Notes: generated by a model from the sequence alone, not told the origin. A stretch of DNA of 35,445 nucleotides from Bdellovibrionota bacterium (GCA_044352465.1 JBILDU010000021.1:1-35445), one strand, 5' to 3'. Positions 1 through 9,666 are shown, counted from the first letter of the stretch. Numbers and translations are program-made.

Positions 1-35
1 GGGGAGGATACTCCGGGGGGAACCTTGGGCTCGAA

Positions 36-83
36 GGAGTGGGGCGGCGCTACGAAAGGGATGCTCTCGTAGCGCCGCGCTCC
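36..83. terminator. GC-rich inverted repeat, possible terminator of the small minus-strand ORF
   Basis: Perfect 12-bp IR GCGGCGCTACGA (44-55) / TCGTAGCGCCGC (67-78), extended by GGAG/CTCC; lies just downstream of the 103..351 ORF; no clear U-tract. Confidence 0.4.
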
Positions 84-102
84 AGTGATGTTCCCAGGCG
101 AA

Positions 103-351
103 TCACTTTGCGGGAGGAGGAGTGGTGGGCTTGGAGCCGTACCATTCCTCGGGCGGGGTGATCCCGGAGATCTCCATCGCCCTCTTGATCCCGACCTTGC
201 GGCAGAGCTGTTCGAACTCCCTCAAGGTCTTCGGCACCGGGTACTCCTCTGGCTGACTCTCTTCCATGAGAATTCTCGTTGTTCCTCTTTCGAGTTTGGA
301 AAATCGGGGGATAACCACAGAAACAAAACCGTGGAACGGAGTATCCTCCAA
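103..351 (-). CDS. small hypothetical protein (start may be ATG at 267)
   Basis: ORF with protein-like composition (MEESQPEEYPVPKTLREFEQLC...), followed by a hairpin; no recognisable family. Confidence 0.35.
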   Translation of the reverse strand: MEDTPFHGFVSVVIPRFSKLERGTTRILMEESQPEEYPVPKTLREFEQLCRKVGIKRAMEISGITPPEEWYGSKPTTPPPAK

Positions 352-578
352 TTGCTCTGAGAATAACGTGAAAGGGGTTCCTAAGAAAGTTTCTCGTCTC
401 CTCCGAAGGGGCTTCGAAGGTTCGCTTTCGTACCGGTCTTACGCGGGCGCAAGTGCGTAATCGATCGTACCGTTCTACCCTCGAAAAACACCTAATTCAC
501 GGGGTTAGAGGTTCGAAGGTGAAGGGTGAGGGAAATTTGCACCGGCTGTAATCCCATTTGATGATATCATAGAGGAAG

Positions 579-1013
579 ATGTCTCGACGCGGGTTCCTCA
601 TATTACTGCTGGTGGCCACTTATTTTGAGGCACGATCTTGTCTGGCCGCAGGGGTTGAACTTCAGCTCGCGAGCTCCAAGAGAGACTTCGTGAAGTCCTC
701 GTTCCAAGCGCTCGGCAAGGGAATAGAGCGCGGCGATTTTGCAACGGTGCTCAGGAAGGCGAAAACGCGCGAGAGCCTTTTGACTCTTACGAGGATTTTT
801 CACTCCTCAGCTCTTCGAAAGCCGGTGCAGTTACGCTGTCGCTACGGTGCGGCTCCCCGAAAGAAACGACTCCTCGACCTTAATCACGCTCTCGAGATGC
901 GGGTTGATGTACCGGTGAGTGTGCCCCTCAAAGATGCAGCCGTGTCGTTTTCGGTGGATCGCCGTGCCGATCAAGTTGAATCGGCGACTGTCCTCTTCTC
1001 ATTCTCCTTTTGA
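579..1013 (+). CDS. hypothetical exported protein
   Basis: GAGGA upstream of ATG; basic/hydrophobic N-terminal signal peptide; C-terminal FSFSF reminiscent of an outer-membrane beta-strand. Confidence 0.55.
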   Translation: MSRRGFLILLLVATYFEARSCLAAGVELQLASSKRDFVKSSFQALGKGIERGDFATVLRKAKTRESLLTLTRIFHSSALRKPVQLRCRYGAAPRKKRLLDLNHALEMRVDVPVSVPLKDAAVSFSVDRRADQVESATVLFSFSF

Positions 1014-1163
1014 GCGAAGGAGATCCAGGATCGCGCCCCGAGTGAGCGCGATCATGCGGTAATGGGGCAACGATCACTATGCTCCTCTCAAAATCGCTGG
1101 AAGCTCGCGCCAGGTGACTCCCTCAAGGGCAGGGTGCGAGGCGATAATTTAAGAGGACGTGAT

Positions 1164-1526
1164 ATGCGAACTGAGATTACGGAGCAGGAGACGGTTGAAG
1201 TCGTAGAGCGGGATGCCGAGGAGTGCATTCAGAATTGCTTTGAGAGTTATCGTGGATGCCTTGAGATGATGGCGTATTGTCTGGAGCAGGGAGGGGAGTA
1301 TGTAGCCGGGGAGCTCGTCTCGAGCTTGCAGACCTGTGCACGGTTATGTCAGACGGCGGTTGAACTTATGGTGACTGATTCCGAGCTGTATGCGCCAGCG
1401 TGTGAGATCTGTGCTGTCGCGTGTGAGCAATGTGCGGATGAGTGCGATGCTATAAACGACGAGCAGCTTGCTGCTCTTGCAGACCTCTGCCGCCAGTGCG
1501 CCGAAACGTGTCGAGAGATCGCCTAA
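1164..1526 (+). CDS. four-helix bundle Cys-rich copper storage protein (Csp3/DUF326-like)
   Basis: GAGGA RBS before ATG 1164; 14 Cys in CxxxC/CxxC helical pattern (CEICAVACEQCADEC, CRQCAETC); no signal peptide. Confidence 0.85.
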   Translation: MRTEITEQETVEVVERDAEECIQNCFESYRGCLEMMAYCLEQGGEYVAGELVSSLQTCARLCQTAVELMVTDSELYAPACEICAVACEQCADECDAINDEQLAALADLCRQCAETCREIA

Positions 1527-1550
1527 TCTGGGAAGGGGCAGGCTGAGAAG

Positions 1551-2279
1551 CTAAGCCCCCGCTTTCTCATTCCCAAAAAGGGCCGTACGCTCGTTCGTTG
1601 AGAGAAAACGGTGCTCGCCAGCTGGTAGGCCCTCGAGTGTGAGGGGGCCGAAGCGGCTTCGGTGCAGCGTTTCCACCCGATTGCCTACCGCACCAAACAT
1701 TCGACGTACCTGGTGGTAACGTCCCTCGTGGAGGGTTATTCGGCAGGTGGTGGGCGACAGGACCTCGAGCTCCGCCGGGAGAAGTGGCTTCGATTCATCT
1801 TCGAGCATCAAGGTGCCGGAGGAGAAGACCGTCGCTTCGTCCCCGCGGAGCGGATCGGCAAGGGTGACCTCATATACCTTGGGGAGTTTCGCCTTGGGAG
1901 ATGTGAGACGGTGCAACGCCTGACCGTCATCGGTAAAAAGGAGCAGGCCTGAGGTGTCTTTATCGAGGCGACCGACCGAGGAAAGGACCGGGTTCCGCCG
2001 ACTATAGCGCTCCGGGAGAAGCTCATACACGAGCGACCCTGTGTCGCTGCGACTACAGGTATAGGCGATCGGCTTATGGAGCATTAATAGGATCCCTTCA
2101 CCCGGATCGAGGGGCTCTCCCTCAAACGTAACTTCCGCTGGGTCAACTTTAAGAGCCCCACTTCGGGGGACCTCCCCTTTGACCGATACGGCCCCGTATT
2201 TAATAAGCGTGCCCACGTCGCCGCGCGAGCAATATCCTCGTGAGCTGAGGAGTTTATCCAGTCTGACAGATGTTCCCAT
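1551..2279 (-). CDS. rsuA: RsuA-family rRNA pseudouridine synthase
   Basis: S4 domain RLDKLL..G..SR, HKP, catalytic VGRLDKDTSGLLL, EGRYHQVRRMF. Confidence 0.92.
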   Translation of the reverse strand: MGTSVRLDKLLSSRGYCSRGDVGTLIKYGAVSVKGEVPRSGALKVDPAEVTFEGEPLDPGEGILLMLHKPIAYTCSRSDTGSLVYELLPERYSRRNPVLSSVGRLDKDTSGLLLFTDDGQALHRLTSPKAKLPKVYEVTLADPLRGDEATVFSSGTLMLEDESKPLLPAELEVLSPTTCRITLHEGRYHQVRRMFGAVGNRVETLHRSRFGPLTLEGLPAGEHRFLSTNERTALFGNEKAGA

Positions 2280-2398
2280 AGGAGCGGTACACTACCATGT
2301 TTCGAGCTCTTAGGAGAGCTCTGCGTTAAAATAGCCGCTCACGGGGCAGAACAGGCTGGAGTTTTAAGCTCCGCGTGGCATAATCCAGCGCCACAGCC

Positions 2399-3535
2399 AT
2401 GACGAATCACGCCTTTGATCTCGAGGTAGCGTTGCCGAGACTTTCCTTGGGTCTCCGGGAAGGAGTGTGGTCGCGGCGCGCTAAGACTGAACACTCAGAG
2501 AACTACCTCCGTTCGCTGCTATTTGAACTACAGCGGCGGGCCGATGATCGTCGCTGGACCTACCATGCCGTCCGTTCGGTTACCTTTAAGCTTGAGCGTG
2601 GAGGGCTCGAGCCGGATGCGATCGGCCAATTTGTCGGTGCGCTCCAACGCACCTTTGCTTTTCTCCCCGGCTGTCGGATCTCGTGTGAGTCGCTCCCGGC
2701 ATCGTCGAAGGACTTTCGGCCGTTGGCCGACAATGGGATCGAGCGATTGTTTCTACCGGTGGGCTCGTTCGATGCACGAACGCTGAGCACGGAGAGTGCC
2801 CCGCTCGATTCGGCGACGGCTCGGTGTCTCATCGCCGATGCGATGGCGGCGGGATTTGGGGCGGTGGCGTTAAAGCTTCTCTTCGGCTCTCCCGGGCAAA
2901 CCGTGGGAGAGTTTCGGGCGGATCTTTCGCAACTTATCGTCCACACCCCCCACGAGGTCCACTTCGTACCATCGGCTAGTCGGTCACGACTCGGGCGCCG
3001 CAGCCTCGCCGTATCTCAGCTTGCGAAGATGAAAGGGATCATCGAAGCAGTCATGGGGGGGCTTGGCTATACCGAGTGCCGCCTTCACCATTACGTTCGG
3101 GGTGGGGCCGTGGCGCTCCCGGAGGATACTTCCGGATATCGTCTTGCGATCGGTGCGGGCGGGGTGACCTCGATGACCGATGGCCTCGGGCGTCGCATCG
3201 TCGCCCGAAACGTGGCCGGAGTTCGTGAGTATATGTGGGCGCTTGCGCGGACTGGGCGCGCGTGGGACGTCGAAGAGGTCGTTACTCCGGAGGAGGAGAT
3301 CGGGACTGCGATCGCGGAGATGTTTTATCAGCGCTCAGGGCTTGATCTCGGGGCGATCGAGCGTCGCTTCGGAGTTGATGTCGAACGCGCCTGCCCCGGA
3401 GTACTTGAAGTCCTTATCGATGCTGCCTTTATACGGCGAGCGGGCGACCAGATCGCTCTTACGCCAGCGGGGCATGTTGCCATTGACGATGTTGTCGCCC
3501 AGTTCCGTGGCACTTTTGCGGGAGCTCCTGCATAG
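2399..3535 (+). CDS. degenerate HemN/HemW-like radical-SAM-fold protein lacking CxxxCxxC
   Basis: Colinear HemW-like segments (GIERLFLPVGSFD, AGFGAVALKLLFGSPGQT, LAIGAGG, C-terminal GLDLGAIERRFG...LTPAG HemN_C-like region); no Fe-S Cys triad. Confidence 0.7.
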   Translation: MTNHAFDLEVALPRLSLGLREGVWSRRAKTEHSENYLRSLLFELQRRADDRRWTYHAVRSVTFKLERGGLEPDAIGQFVGALQRTFAFLPGCRISCESLPASSKDFRPLADNGIERLFLPVGSFDARTLSTESAPLDSATARCLIADAMAAGFGAVALKLLFGSPGQTVGEFRADLSQLIVHTPHEVHFVPSASRSRLGRRSLAVSQLAKMKGIIEAVMGGLGYTECRLHHYVRGGAVALPEDTSGYRLAIGAGGVTSMTDGLGRRIVARNVAGVREYMWALARTGRAWDVEEVVTPEEEIGTAIAEMFYQRSGLDLGAIERRFGVDVERACPGVLEVLIDAAFIRRAGDQIALTPAGHVAIDDVVAQFRGTFAGAPA

Positions 3536-3722
3536 CCACACCATCGGCGCAATATCTGGAGCTCGGGCGAGATCCGGGGTATCCCCCCGATTCCTCAAGC
3601 CCTCCGGGATTTCGGTACCGCCTCAAACCCTCGTAGGGTACTATAATAGGTGAAGTGAGCGGCGCTCAAAGGCTCGGCGGTTCTACCGTGGATCGAGACG
3701 GGGCGCATTCAAGCGAAGTTTT

Positions 3723-4805
3723 ATGAAGACGTTCCCGTATTTTGAGATTGAGGGAGATAACGCCCACATCGGCGAGGGAGTGGGGAGCCTTTTGGCCGAG
3801 CGTATCGCCGAGTCTTATCGATTTTACGAGGATCTTTTCGCTGAGATATCCAAGATCGACCCCGGCTCTTCCTTGGCTCGCGCCCAGCTTGTTGCGCGCG
3901 TGCATGAGTATGCGGATGAAATCGCCCTGACGATTAGAAAACATTTCCCTACCTATGCGACCGAGATCGAGGCTATCGCAGCGGGAGCAGGGGTCGAACC
4001 GTGGAAAGTCTACGCGTTAAACGGCCGAACCGAGATCTATCGCCTGTTGGCTGAGAAGGCCAAACCGAAAGACCCCGGCGAATGCACCGCGGTTTATTTT
4101 CCGACGAGTGGATTACTTGGTCAAAATTGGGATTGGCATCCGCACCTTGAAGATTTAGCGGTGATTCTGAAACTTCGCCAACCTGATGGTCACACTATCT
4201 TGATGTTTACCGAGCCAGGGATTATCGGAAAGATGGGGTTGAACTCGGCCGGTCTCGGGGTCTGTCTCAATATTCTTTTCGGACGAAGTTCGACTGCGGG
4301 GGTGCCGATCCACATATTGCTGCGAGCGGTGCTCGACGCTCGGTCGGTGAGTGAAGCCGCTGCCCTCATCGCCGGGCTGCCCCTTGGAACCTCGAGCAAT
4401 ATCCTTTTGGGCGATGCGGACGGGAATGGGGTCAATTTGGAGATCCAAGGCAGCGCCCTCCACCGTTACGACGTAACCTCCGGTGACCTCGTGCATACGA
4501 ATCACTATATTGCGGACGAATCGAGTGCCACCGCAACGATACCCGGCTCCGTCAAGCGACTCGAGAGAGCGCGAGCCTTGTTCGGGGTCGAGTCGCGGCG
4601 GGGTGTTGAGGGGATGAAGGCGATGCTCGCTGACTGCGAGAGCACTGAGTTCCCGATCTGTCGAAGTTATTCAAAGGGGATCGATTTCTTGGTTGGAACC
4701 GTTGCTTCGGTGATTTTTGACCTCAAGGCTCGGGCGCTGCATGTGGCTCGAGGTCAGGGGGCCGTCGCTGGGGAATGGGTCAAGGTAAGCCTGGCTGGCT
4801 CGTAA
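3723..4805 (+). CDS. C45 family autoproteolytic Ntn acyltransferase/hydrolase
   Basis: GECTA cleavage/nucleophile site, QNWDW, GLNSAGLGVCLN, GVPIH, HTNH motifs. Confidence 0.88.
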   Translation: MKTFPYFEIEGDNAHIGEGVGSLLAERIAESYRFYEDLFAEISKIDPGSSLARAQLVARVHEYADEIALTIRKHFPTYATEIEAIAAGAGVEPWKVYALNGRTEIYRLLAEKAKPKDPGECTAVYFPTSGLLGQNWDWHPHLEDLAVILKLRQPDGHTILMFTEPGIIGKMGLNSAGLGVCLNILFGRSSTAGVPIHILLRAVLDARSVSEAAALIAGLPLGTSSNILLGDADGNGVNLEIQGSALHRYDVTSGDLVHTNHYIADESSATATIPGSVKRLERARALFGVESRRGVEGMKAMLADCESTEFPICRSYSKGIDFLVGTVASVIFDLKARALHVARGQGAVAGEWVKVSLAGS

Positions 4806-4880
4806 CAAAGAGGGCCGGCTGGATGGCTTTTTTTGTGGGTTTAATCGTGTGGTCCCGCGCTGCGGTGCGCAAATCTCTTA

Positions 4881-4909
4881 TAGCCAAATCAAGTCAGGCG
4901 CTCTACAAT
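4881..4909 (+). promoter_or_regulatory. putative sigma70 promoter of the porin-potABCD operon
   Basis: TAGCCA-17 bp-TACAAT about 40 bp upstream of the porin start. Confidence 0.5.
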
Positions 4910-4947
4910 TTTGAGGCGTAATGACTCTGTTTTCTAAGGGGAATGAC

Positions 4948-5706
4948 ATGAACAAATTTATTCGCCTCGCCGGTCTTCTGGCGTGCTCTTTAACCCTCGG
5001 CCACGCCGCTTTTGCCGCCGATGATAGCGCTGAAAAGCCGTGGTCTGTCGACATGAACGTCGCGTTTATGTCGGACTATATGTTCCGCGGCCAAAACCTC
5101 TATGACGGCTCGTCGATTCAACCTTACATCGGTGCAAGCTATGACACCGGCTACGGGGTGCTCGGTGCCTACAATTGGATGCACATCTCGGCTGATGGTT
5201 CGACCAACGTGCCGGAGTTCTTCGAGATGGACTGGGGGGTAAGTTACTCGATCGATTTTGAGCCGGTAAGTCTCTCGGTCGGGAATCTCTGGTACACCTA
5301 CCCGAATGATAGTGATGATATCAACGACACCTCCGAGGGGTTCGTCACCGTGGGGCTCGATGATAGCGGCTTTAATGACTTCTATACCTTGAATCCGACC
5401 CTTTCGGTCTATAAAGACTGGGATGAATTCGACTACTACTACTATGAGTTGAAGCTCAGCCACGATCACACCTGGTCGGTGCTTGGTGATGGCGTCACGA
5501 TCACCCCGTATGTATCGTTCGGCTTCGTCTCTGATGGGGAAAAAGCCTACGCTGATGATGGCTTGGTTACCGTCTCGGAGGGGGTGTCGGTTAACATACC
5601 GGTTGGTGAGCTCGTGCTTGCGCCGACCCTCAACTACACCCACGAGGTGGACGACCTTACGGTCAATCAGTTCTGGTTCGGCATGACCTTGGCCTACAGT
5701 CTTTAA
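4948..5706 (+). CDS. TorF-like (TIGR02001-type) putative outer-membrane porin
   Basis: Signal peptide (AAFAA), SDYMFRG motif, aromatic-rich alternating strands, ends LAYSL. Confidence 0.75.
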   Translation: MNKFIRLAGLLACSLTLGHAAFAADDSAEKPWSVDMNVAFMSDYMFRGQNLYDGSSIQPYIGASYDTGYGVLGAYNWMHISADGSTNVPEFFEMDWGVSYSIDFEPVSLSVGNLWYTYPNDSDDINDTSEGFVTVGLDDSGFNDFYTLNPTLSVYKDWDEFDYYYYELKLSHDHTWSVLGDGVTITPYVSFGFVSDGEKAYADDGLVTVSEGVSVNIPVGELVLAPTLNYTHEVDDLTVNQFWFGMTLAYSL

Positions 5707-5712
5707 TCCAAG

Positions 5713-6849
5713 GTGACTCGATCAATGTTGGGTGCCTCCCACTCAAAACCCGAAGTTCGACCGACCGATGTGCCGGCGGTTGAACTTCGGGGGGTCGAGA
5801 AGAAATTCGGCGATTCCTTCGCGGTCGCTGGAATCGATCTCTCGATCAAGCAAGGGGAATTCTTCTCCCTTCTCGGGCCCTCCGGTTGTGGTAAGACCAC
5901 GCTCCTAAGGATGGTCGCCGGCCTCGACTTTCCCACCGCCGGCGAGGTTTTGATCTGCGGCCAAGATGTTATCTCGGTCCCCGCGCATGAGCGACCTGTT
6001 AACACAGTCTTCCAGTCCTACGCCCTCTTCCCCCACATGACGGTGCGGGAGAATGTAGCGTTCGGGCTCAAGATGAAAAAAATTGCTCCGGCGGAGATCG
6101 CTCGGCGGGTAGACAAGATTATGGAGCTTGTGCAGATCGCGAAGTTCGCCGATCGCAAACCTCATCTACTATCGGGCGGGCAACGTCAGCGTGTCGCGCT
6201 CGCGCGCGCGGTGGTGAATGAGCCGCAGGTTCTCCTCCTTGATGAACCTCTCGGAGCGCTCGATCTGAAGCTCCGTAAGGAGCTGCAGATCGAACTGATT
6301 CGGTTGCAGCGCTCGCTCGGCATTACTTTCATTTGTGTCACCCATGATCAAGAGGAAGCGCTGACCATGAGTGACCGTATCGCGGTGATGAACGGCGGGT
6401 GTATCGAACAGATGGGCTCGGCCGAGGAGCTCTACGAAAATCCCCGCACGCGTTTTGTTGGAAGTTTTTTGGGTACCTGTAATTTTATCGAAGCTGTGGT
6501 GTCGTCACGAACTGCGCACGGCGCCGTAGTGCAGAGTCCGGTCGGTGCACTGAACGTCGAGTTCCGACGGCGCACCCCGGCATCTGAAAGAGAAAGGTTT
6601 ACTCTTGGTATCAGGCCGGAAAAAGTCACCCTGCACGATACTCCGGCTACTCACGGGGAAAATTGCATCGCGGTAACGGTGAAGGAGCTCTTGTACATCG
6701 GGTCCGAGACGCACTACCAACTCGATGCGGCGGGCGTAATTCTCGGCGCCGATAGCATGAATTCAAAGGTAGGCTCTCAAGGATTCGAGTTAGGGCAAAC
6801 GGCCTACGCCTATCTCCCCGCAGATGGTCTCGTGGTGCTCGATGATTAA
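5713..6849 (+). CDS. potA: spermidine/putrescine ABC transporter ATP-binding subunit
   Basis: GPSGCGKTT, VNTVFQSYALFPHM, LSGGQRQR, LLLDEPLGALD, C-terminal TOBE-like region; start may be ATG 5725. Confidence 0.93.
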   Translation: MTRSMLGASHSKPEVRPTDVPAVELRGVEKKFGDSFAVAGIDLSIKQGEFFSLLGPSGCGKTTLLRMVAGLDFPTAGEVLICGQDVISVPAHERPVNTVFQSYALFPHMTVRENVAFGLKMKKIAPAEIARRVDKIMELVQIAKFADRKPHLLSGGQRQRVALARAVVNEPQVLLLDEPLGALDLKLRKELQIELIRLQRSLGITFICVTHDQEEALTMSDRIAVMNGGCIEQMGSAEELYENPRTRFVGSFLGTCNFIEAVVSSRTAHGAVVQSPVGALNVEFRRRTPASERERFTLGIRPEKVTLHDTPATHGENCIAVTVKELLYIGSETHYQLDAAGVILGADSMNSKVGSQGFELGQTAYAYLPADGLVVLDD

Positions 6850-7774
6850 TCCTCGCTGGCGCACGGAGCGGGAGAATAAGTTCGGGGAACAGCTGACCCG
6901 CTACGACCAGATGTGGCGCTCGCTCCGGACCAGTGGACCAGCGATCGTTTGGACGACCCTCTTTCTTTTTATTCCGCTCATCGGGGTAGTCTTCATTAGT
7001 TTTATGAGTCGGGGGACGTACGGGGAGCTTCAGTTTCCACTGACCCTTGACAACTATGCGCGGTTCTTCGGCTTCGGATTCTTCGGGTTCGATCCGCTCT
7101 ATCCAAAGATCCTCCTCAGAAGTGTGGCGATCGCGGCAGGGGTAACGGCACTTTGCCTCGTGTGTGCCTTGCCGCTTGCGTTCTTCATCGCCGGTCTCCC
7201 CGATCGATTCAAGATCCTCGCGCTCACGCTTGTCATGGTTCCGTTTTGGACTAACCTGTTGATTCGCACCTACGCCTGGCAGATGCTTCTTTCGAGTGAG
7301 GGCTTGTTCTCCCAGATCGCCCAGTTTCTGGGGTTGCTCGCTGATGGGGACTCTCTCTACCCAAGTATCGGAGCTGTGCTTATCGGTACCTTGTGCGACT
7401 ACCTTCCGTATCTCGTCCTTCCCCTCTATGCGTCGGTTGAGAAGATCGACTGGTCGATCGTAGAGGCGGCGCGCGACCTGGGAGCAAACGGGGTGCGGGC
7501 TTTTCGGCATGCGGTACTTCCGCAGATCGTTCCAGGACTCGCGGCCGGAGTCGTGTTGGTGTTCGTTCCGGCAACAGGTCAATTCGTGGTGCCCGATCTT
7601 CTCGGAGGGGCGAAAACAGCCATGCTCGGGAATTCGATTGCCCAACAGTTTGGCGCGAGTCGTGATTGGCCATTCGGCTCGGCGATCGCGATGTCAGGGA
7701 TGATCGCCCTTTTCGTGGGCCTTTTATTCTATAACAAGGTAATGACCAAGCGGGGTGGGGAGGGGCTCCTATGA
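6842..7774 (+). CDS. potB: polyamine ABC transporter permease
   Basis: PFWTNLLIRTYAW, EAARDLGA EAA loop, RDWPFGSA; overlaps the potA stop. Confidence 0.92.
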   Translation: MINPRWRTERENKFGEQLTRYDQMWRSLRTSGPAIVWTTLFLFIPLIGVVFISFMSRGTYGELQFPLTLDNYARFFGFGFFGFDPLYPKILLRSVAIAAGVTALCLVCALPLAFFIAGLPDRFKILALTLVMVPFWTNLLIRTYAWQMLLSSEGLFSQIAQFLGLLADGDSLYPSIGAVLIGTLCDYLPYLVLPLYASVEKIDWSIVEAARDLGANGVRAFRHAVLPQIVPGLAAGVVLVFVPATGQFVVPDLLGGAKTAMLGNSIAQQFGASRDWPFGSAIAMSGMIALFVGLLFYNKVMTKRGGEGLL

Positions 7775-8565
7775 AACGGAACTCCCCCGCGCTTTCTCTC
7801 GTCGCCCTCATCCTCTACACCTTCATGTATCTCCCGATCATGGTGGTGGCGATATTTTCGTTCAACGATTCAAAACACGGCGTGGCATGGAAAGGGTTTA
7901 CGACCAAATGGTACGGCGTTCTCCTTGAAAACGAGCAGGCTCTGAGCGCGACCCTCAATTCACTCATCCTCGCCGGGGTGAGTGCCGCGATCTCAACGGT
8001 GCTCGGCACCTTGCTTGGCTATGGGCTCAGCCGCTATTGGTTCCCCGCGAAACGAGCTGTTTCGACCCTCATGTACATTCCAGTAATCATTCCAGATATC
8101 CTCATGGCGGTGGCCCTCTTGATGTTCTACGGCGTTCTCCGCGACCTGCTGGGAATCTTTGAACTCGGTATGGGCACGATGATATTTGCCCACGTTACCT
8201 TTCAGATTGCGTTCGTGGCGGTGGTCGTAAAATCACGTATGGTGGGGCTCGATCCGGCCCTGGAGGAGGCGGCGCGAGATCTGGGAGCTAATCGCTGGAA
8301 CGTTTTTTGGAAAATAACTTTTCCACTGATGATGCCCGGAGTCGTCTCGGGAGCGTTGCTTGCCTTCACCTTGAGCCTCGACGATTTTGTGGTGAGCTTT
8401 TTCACCGCGGGCCCTGGGTCGACCACCCTGCCGATTTTGATTTACTCATCGGTGAAAAGAGGTATAACTCCGGATATTAATGCGCTTTCCACCCTCATGG
8501 TGGTAGCGTCAACGTTGTTGGTCATCGCGACCACGTTACTTCAACCAAGGAGAAAAGCGACGTGA
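7771..8565 (+). CDS. potC: polyamine ABC transporter permease
   Basis: FSFN..WKGFTTKWY, EEAARDLGA, FTLSLDDFVVSFF, TLPILIYS; ATGA overlap with potB. Confidence 0.92.
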   Translation: MKRNSPALSLVALILYTFMYLPIMVVAIFSFNDSKHGVAWKGFTTKWYGVLLENEQALSATLNSLILAGVSAAISTVLGTLLGYGLSRYWFPAKRAVSTLMYIPVIIPDILMAVALLMFYGVLRDLLGIFELGMGTMIFAHVTFQIAFVAVVVKSRMVGLDPALEEAARDLGANRWNVFWKITFPLMMPGVVSGALLAFTLSLDDFVVSFFTAGPGSTTLPILIYSSVKRGITPDINALSTLMVVASTLLVIATTLLQPRRKAT

Positions 8566-9614
8566 GAAATCTGCGCTCTGTGCTCGGAAAGGTCATCATT
8601 TTGGGAATCCTCGCGGTAATGCCCTGTGTGGCGGCAGCGGCCCCCGCGCATAAACTCAACATCTACATCTGGAGCGAGTACATCGATCCTGAGATCGTGA
8701 AGAGCTTCGAGCAAAAGTTCGATTGCAAAGTGACCATCGACCTCTATGAGGACAATGAGAGCATGATGGCCAAGCTCGCGGCCGGCGGAGCGTCGACCTA
8801 TGACATTATCGTTCCCTCAGATTATGCGGTTCCGATCGTGGCGAAGCGGGGGCTCGCCCAGAAGCTCGATCACGCCAAGATTCCGAATTTGAAAAATATC
8901 GATCCTAAGTTTTTGAACACCCCCTTCGACCCAGGTAACCAATACTCGGCGCCGTATCAGTGGGGAACGGTAGGCGTCTACCTCCGCAAAAAGCCGGGGC
9001 AGGCTATCGATGAGTCTTGGGGGCTTATCTTCGACCCGAAAAAACAGCCCGGGAAGTTTGTCCTCATCGATTCGATGCGTGAGATGATTTCGGCAGCGCT
9101 GAAGTATCGGGGGCTTGGAGTTAACGAGACCGATCCGGCGAAGCTCAAAGATGTACTCGGTCTCCTTACCGAGGCAAAGGGCCGTTCTCTCGGATTCGAT
9201 GGTGGAGTTGGGGGGAAGAATAAGGTCCTTTCCAAGGTCGCCGACATGGCGGTCGTGTACAACGGCGATGCGGTGCGTGGCATGGTGGAAGATCCTGAGA
9301 CCTATTACTTTGTTCCGAAAGAAGGTGGGGAGATTTGGCTCGATAGTATGATGATACCGGCCAAAGCTCCGAATAAGGCGATGGCGGAGGCGTTCATCAA
9401 TTACATCCTCGATGCTGAGGTGGGAGCGCAGCTCTCAAACTTCAATCAATACGCCACTCCAAACAAGGCATCGCTCGATAGGATTAAGCCGGAGGATCGG
9501 GCAAATACGGCGATATATCCCTCCCCAGAGGTCATGGCAAAGCTTGAGTATCTCCAAGATCTCGGTGATAAGACGAAGCTCTACGACGAGATCTGGACCC
9601 GATTAAAGTCGTAA
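8562..9614 (+). CDS. potD: polyamine ABC transporter substrate-binding protein
   Basis: Signal peptide; WSEYID, DIIVPSDY, PYQWGTVG, YNGDA, PKEGGEIWLD motifs; GTGA overlap with potC. Confidence 0.92.
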   Translation: MRNLRSVLGKVIILGILAVMPCVAAAAPAHKLNIYIWSEYIDPEIVKSFEQKFDCKVTIDLYEDNESMMAKLAAGGASTYDIIVPSDYAVPIVAKRGLAQKLDHAKIPNLKNIDPKFLNTPFDPGNQYSAPYQWGTVGVYLRKKPGQAIDESWGLIFDPKKQPGKFVLIDSMREMISAALKYRGLGVNETDPAKLKDVLGLLTEAKGRSLGFDGGVGGKNKVLSKVADMAVVYNGDAVRGMVEDPETYYFVPKEGGEIWLDSMMIPAKAPNKAMAEAFINYILDAEVGAQLSNFNQYATPNKASLDRIKPEDRANTAIYPSPEVMAKLEYLQDLGDKTKLYDEIWTRLKS

Positions 9615-9637
9615 GGGCTCGCTGCCTTTAACCCTTG

Positions 9638-9666
9638 AACCCCGCCCTCAGCGGGGTTTTTTATTT
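9638..9666 (+). terminator. rho-independent terminator of the pot operon
   Basis: AACCCCGC-cctca-GCGGGGTT followed by TTTTATTT. Confidence 0.85.

Noticed and set aside
4990..5643. 217-aa antisense ORF over the TorF-like gene (likewise 6647..7645, 20778..21545, 23572..24300, 29713..30627)
   Set aside because: Shadow ORFs expected in GC-rich coding DNA; the opposite strand has clear family motifs
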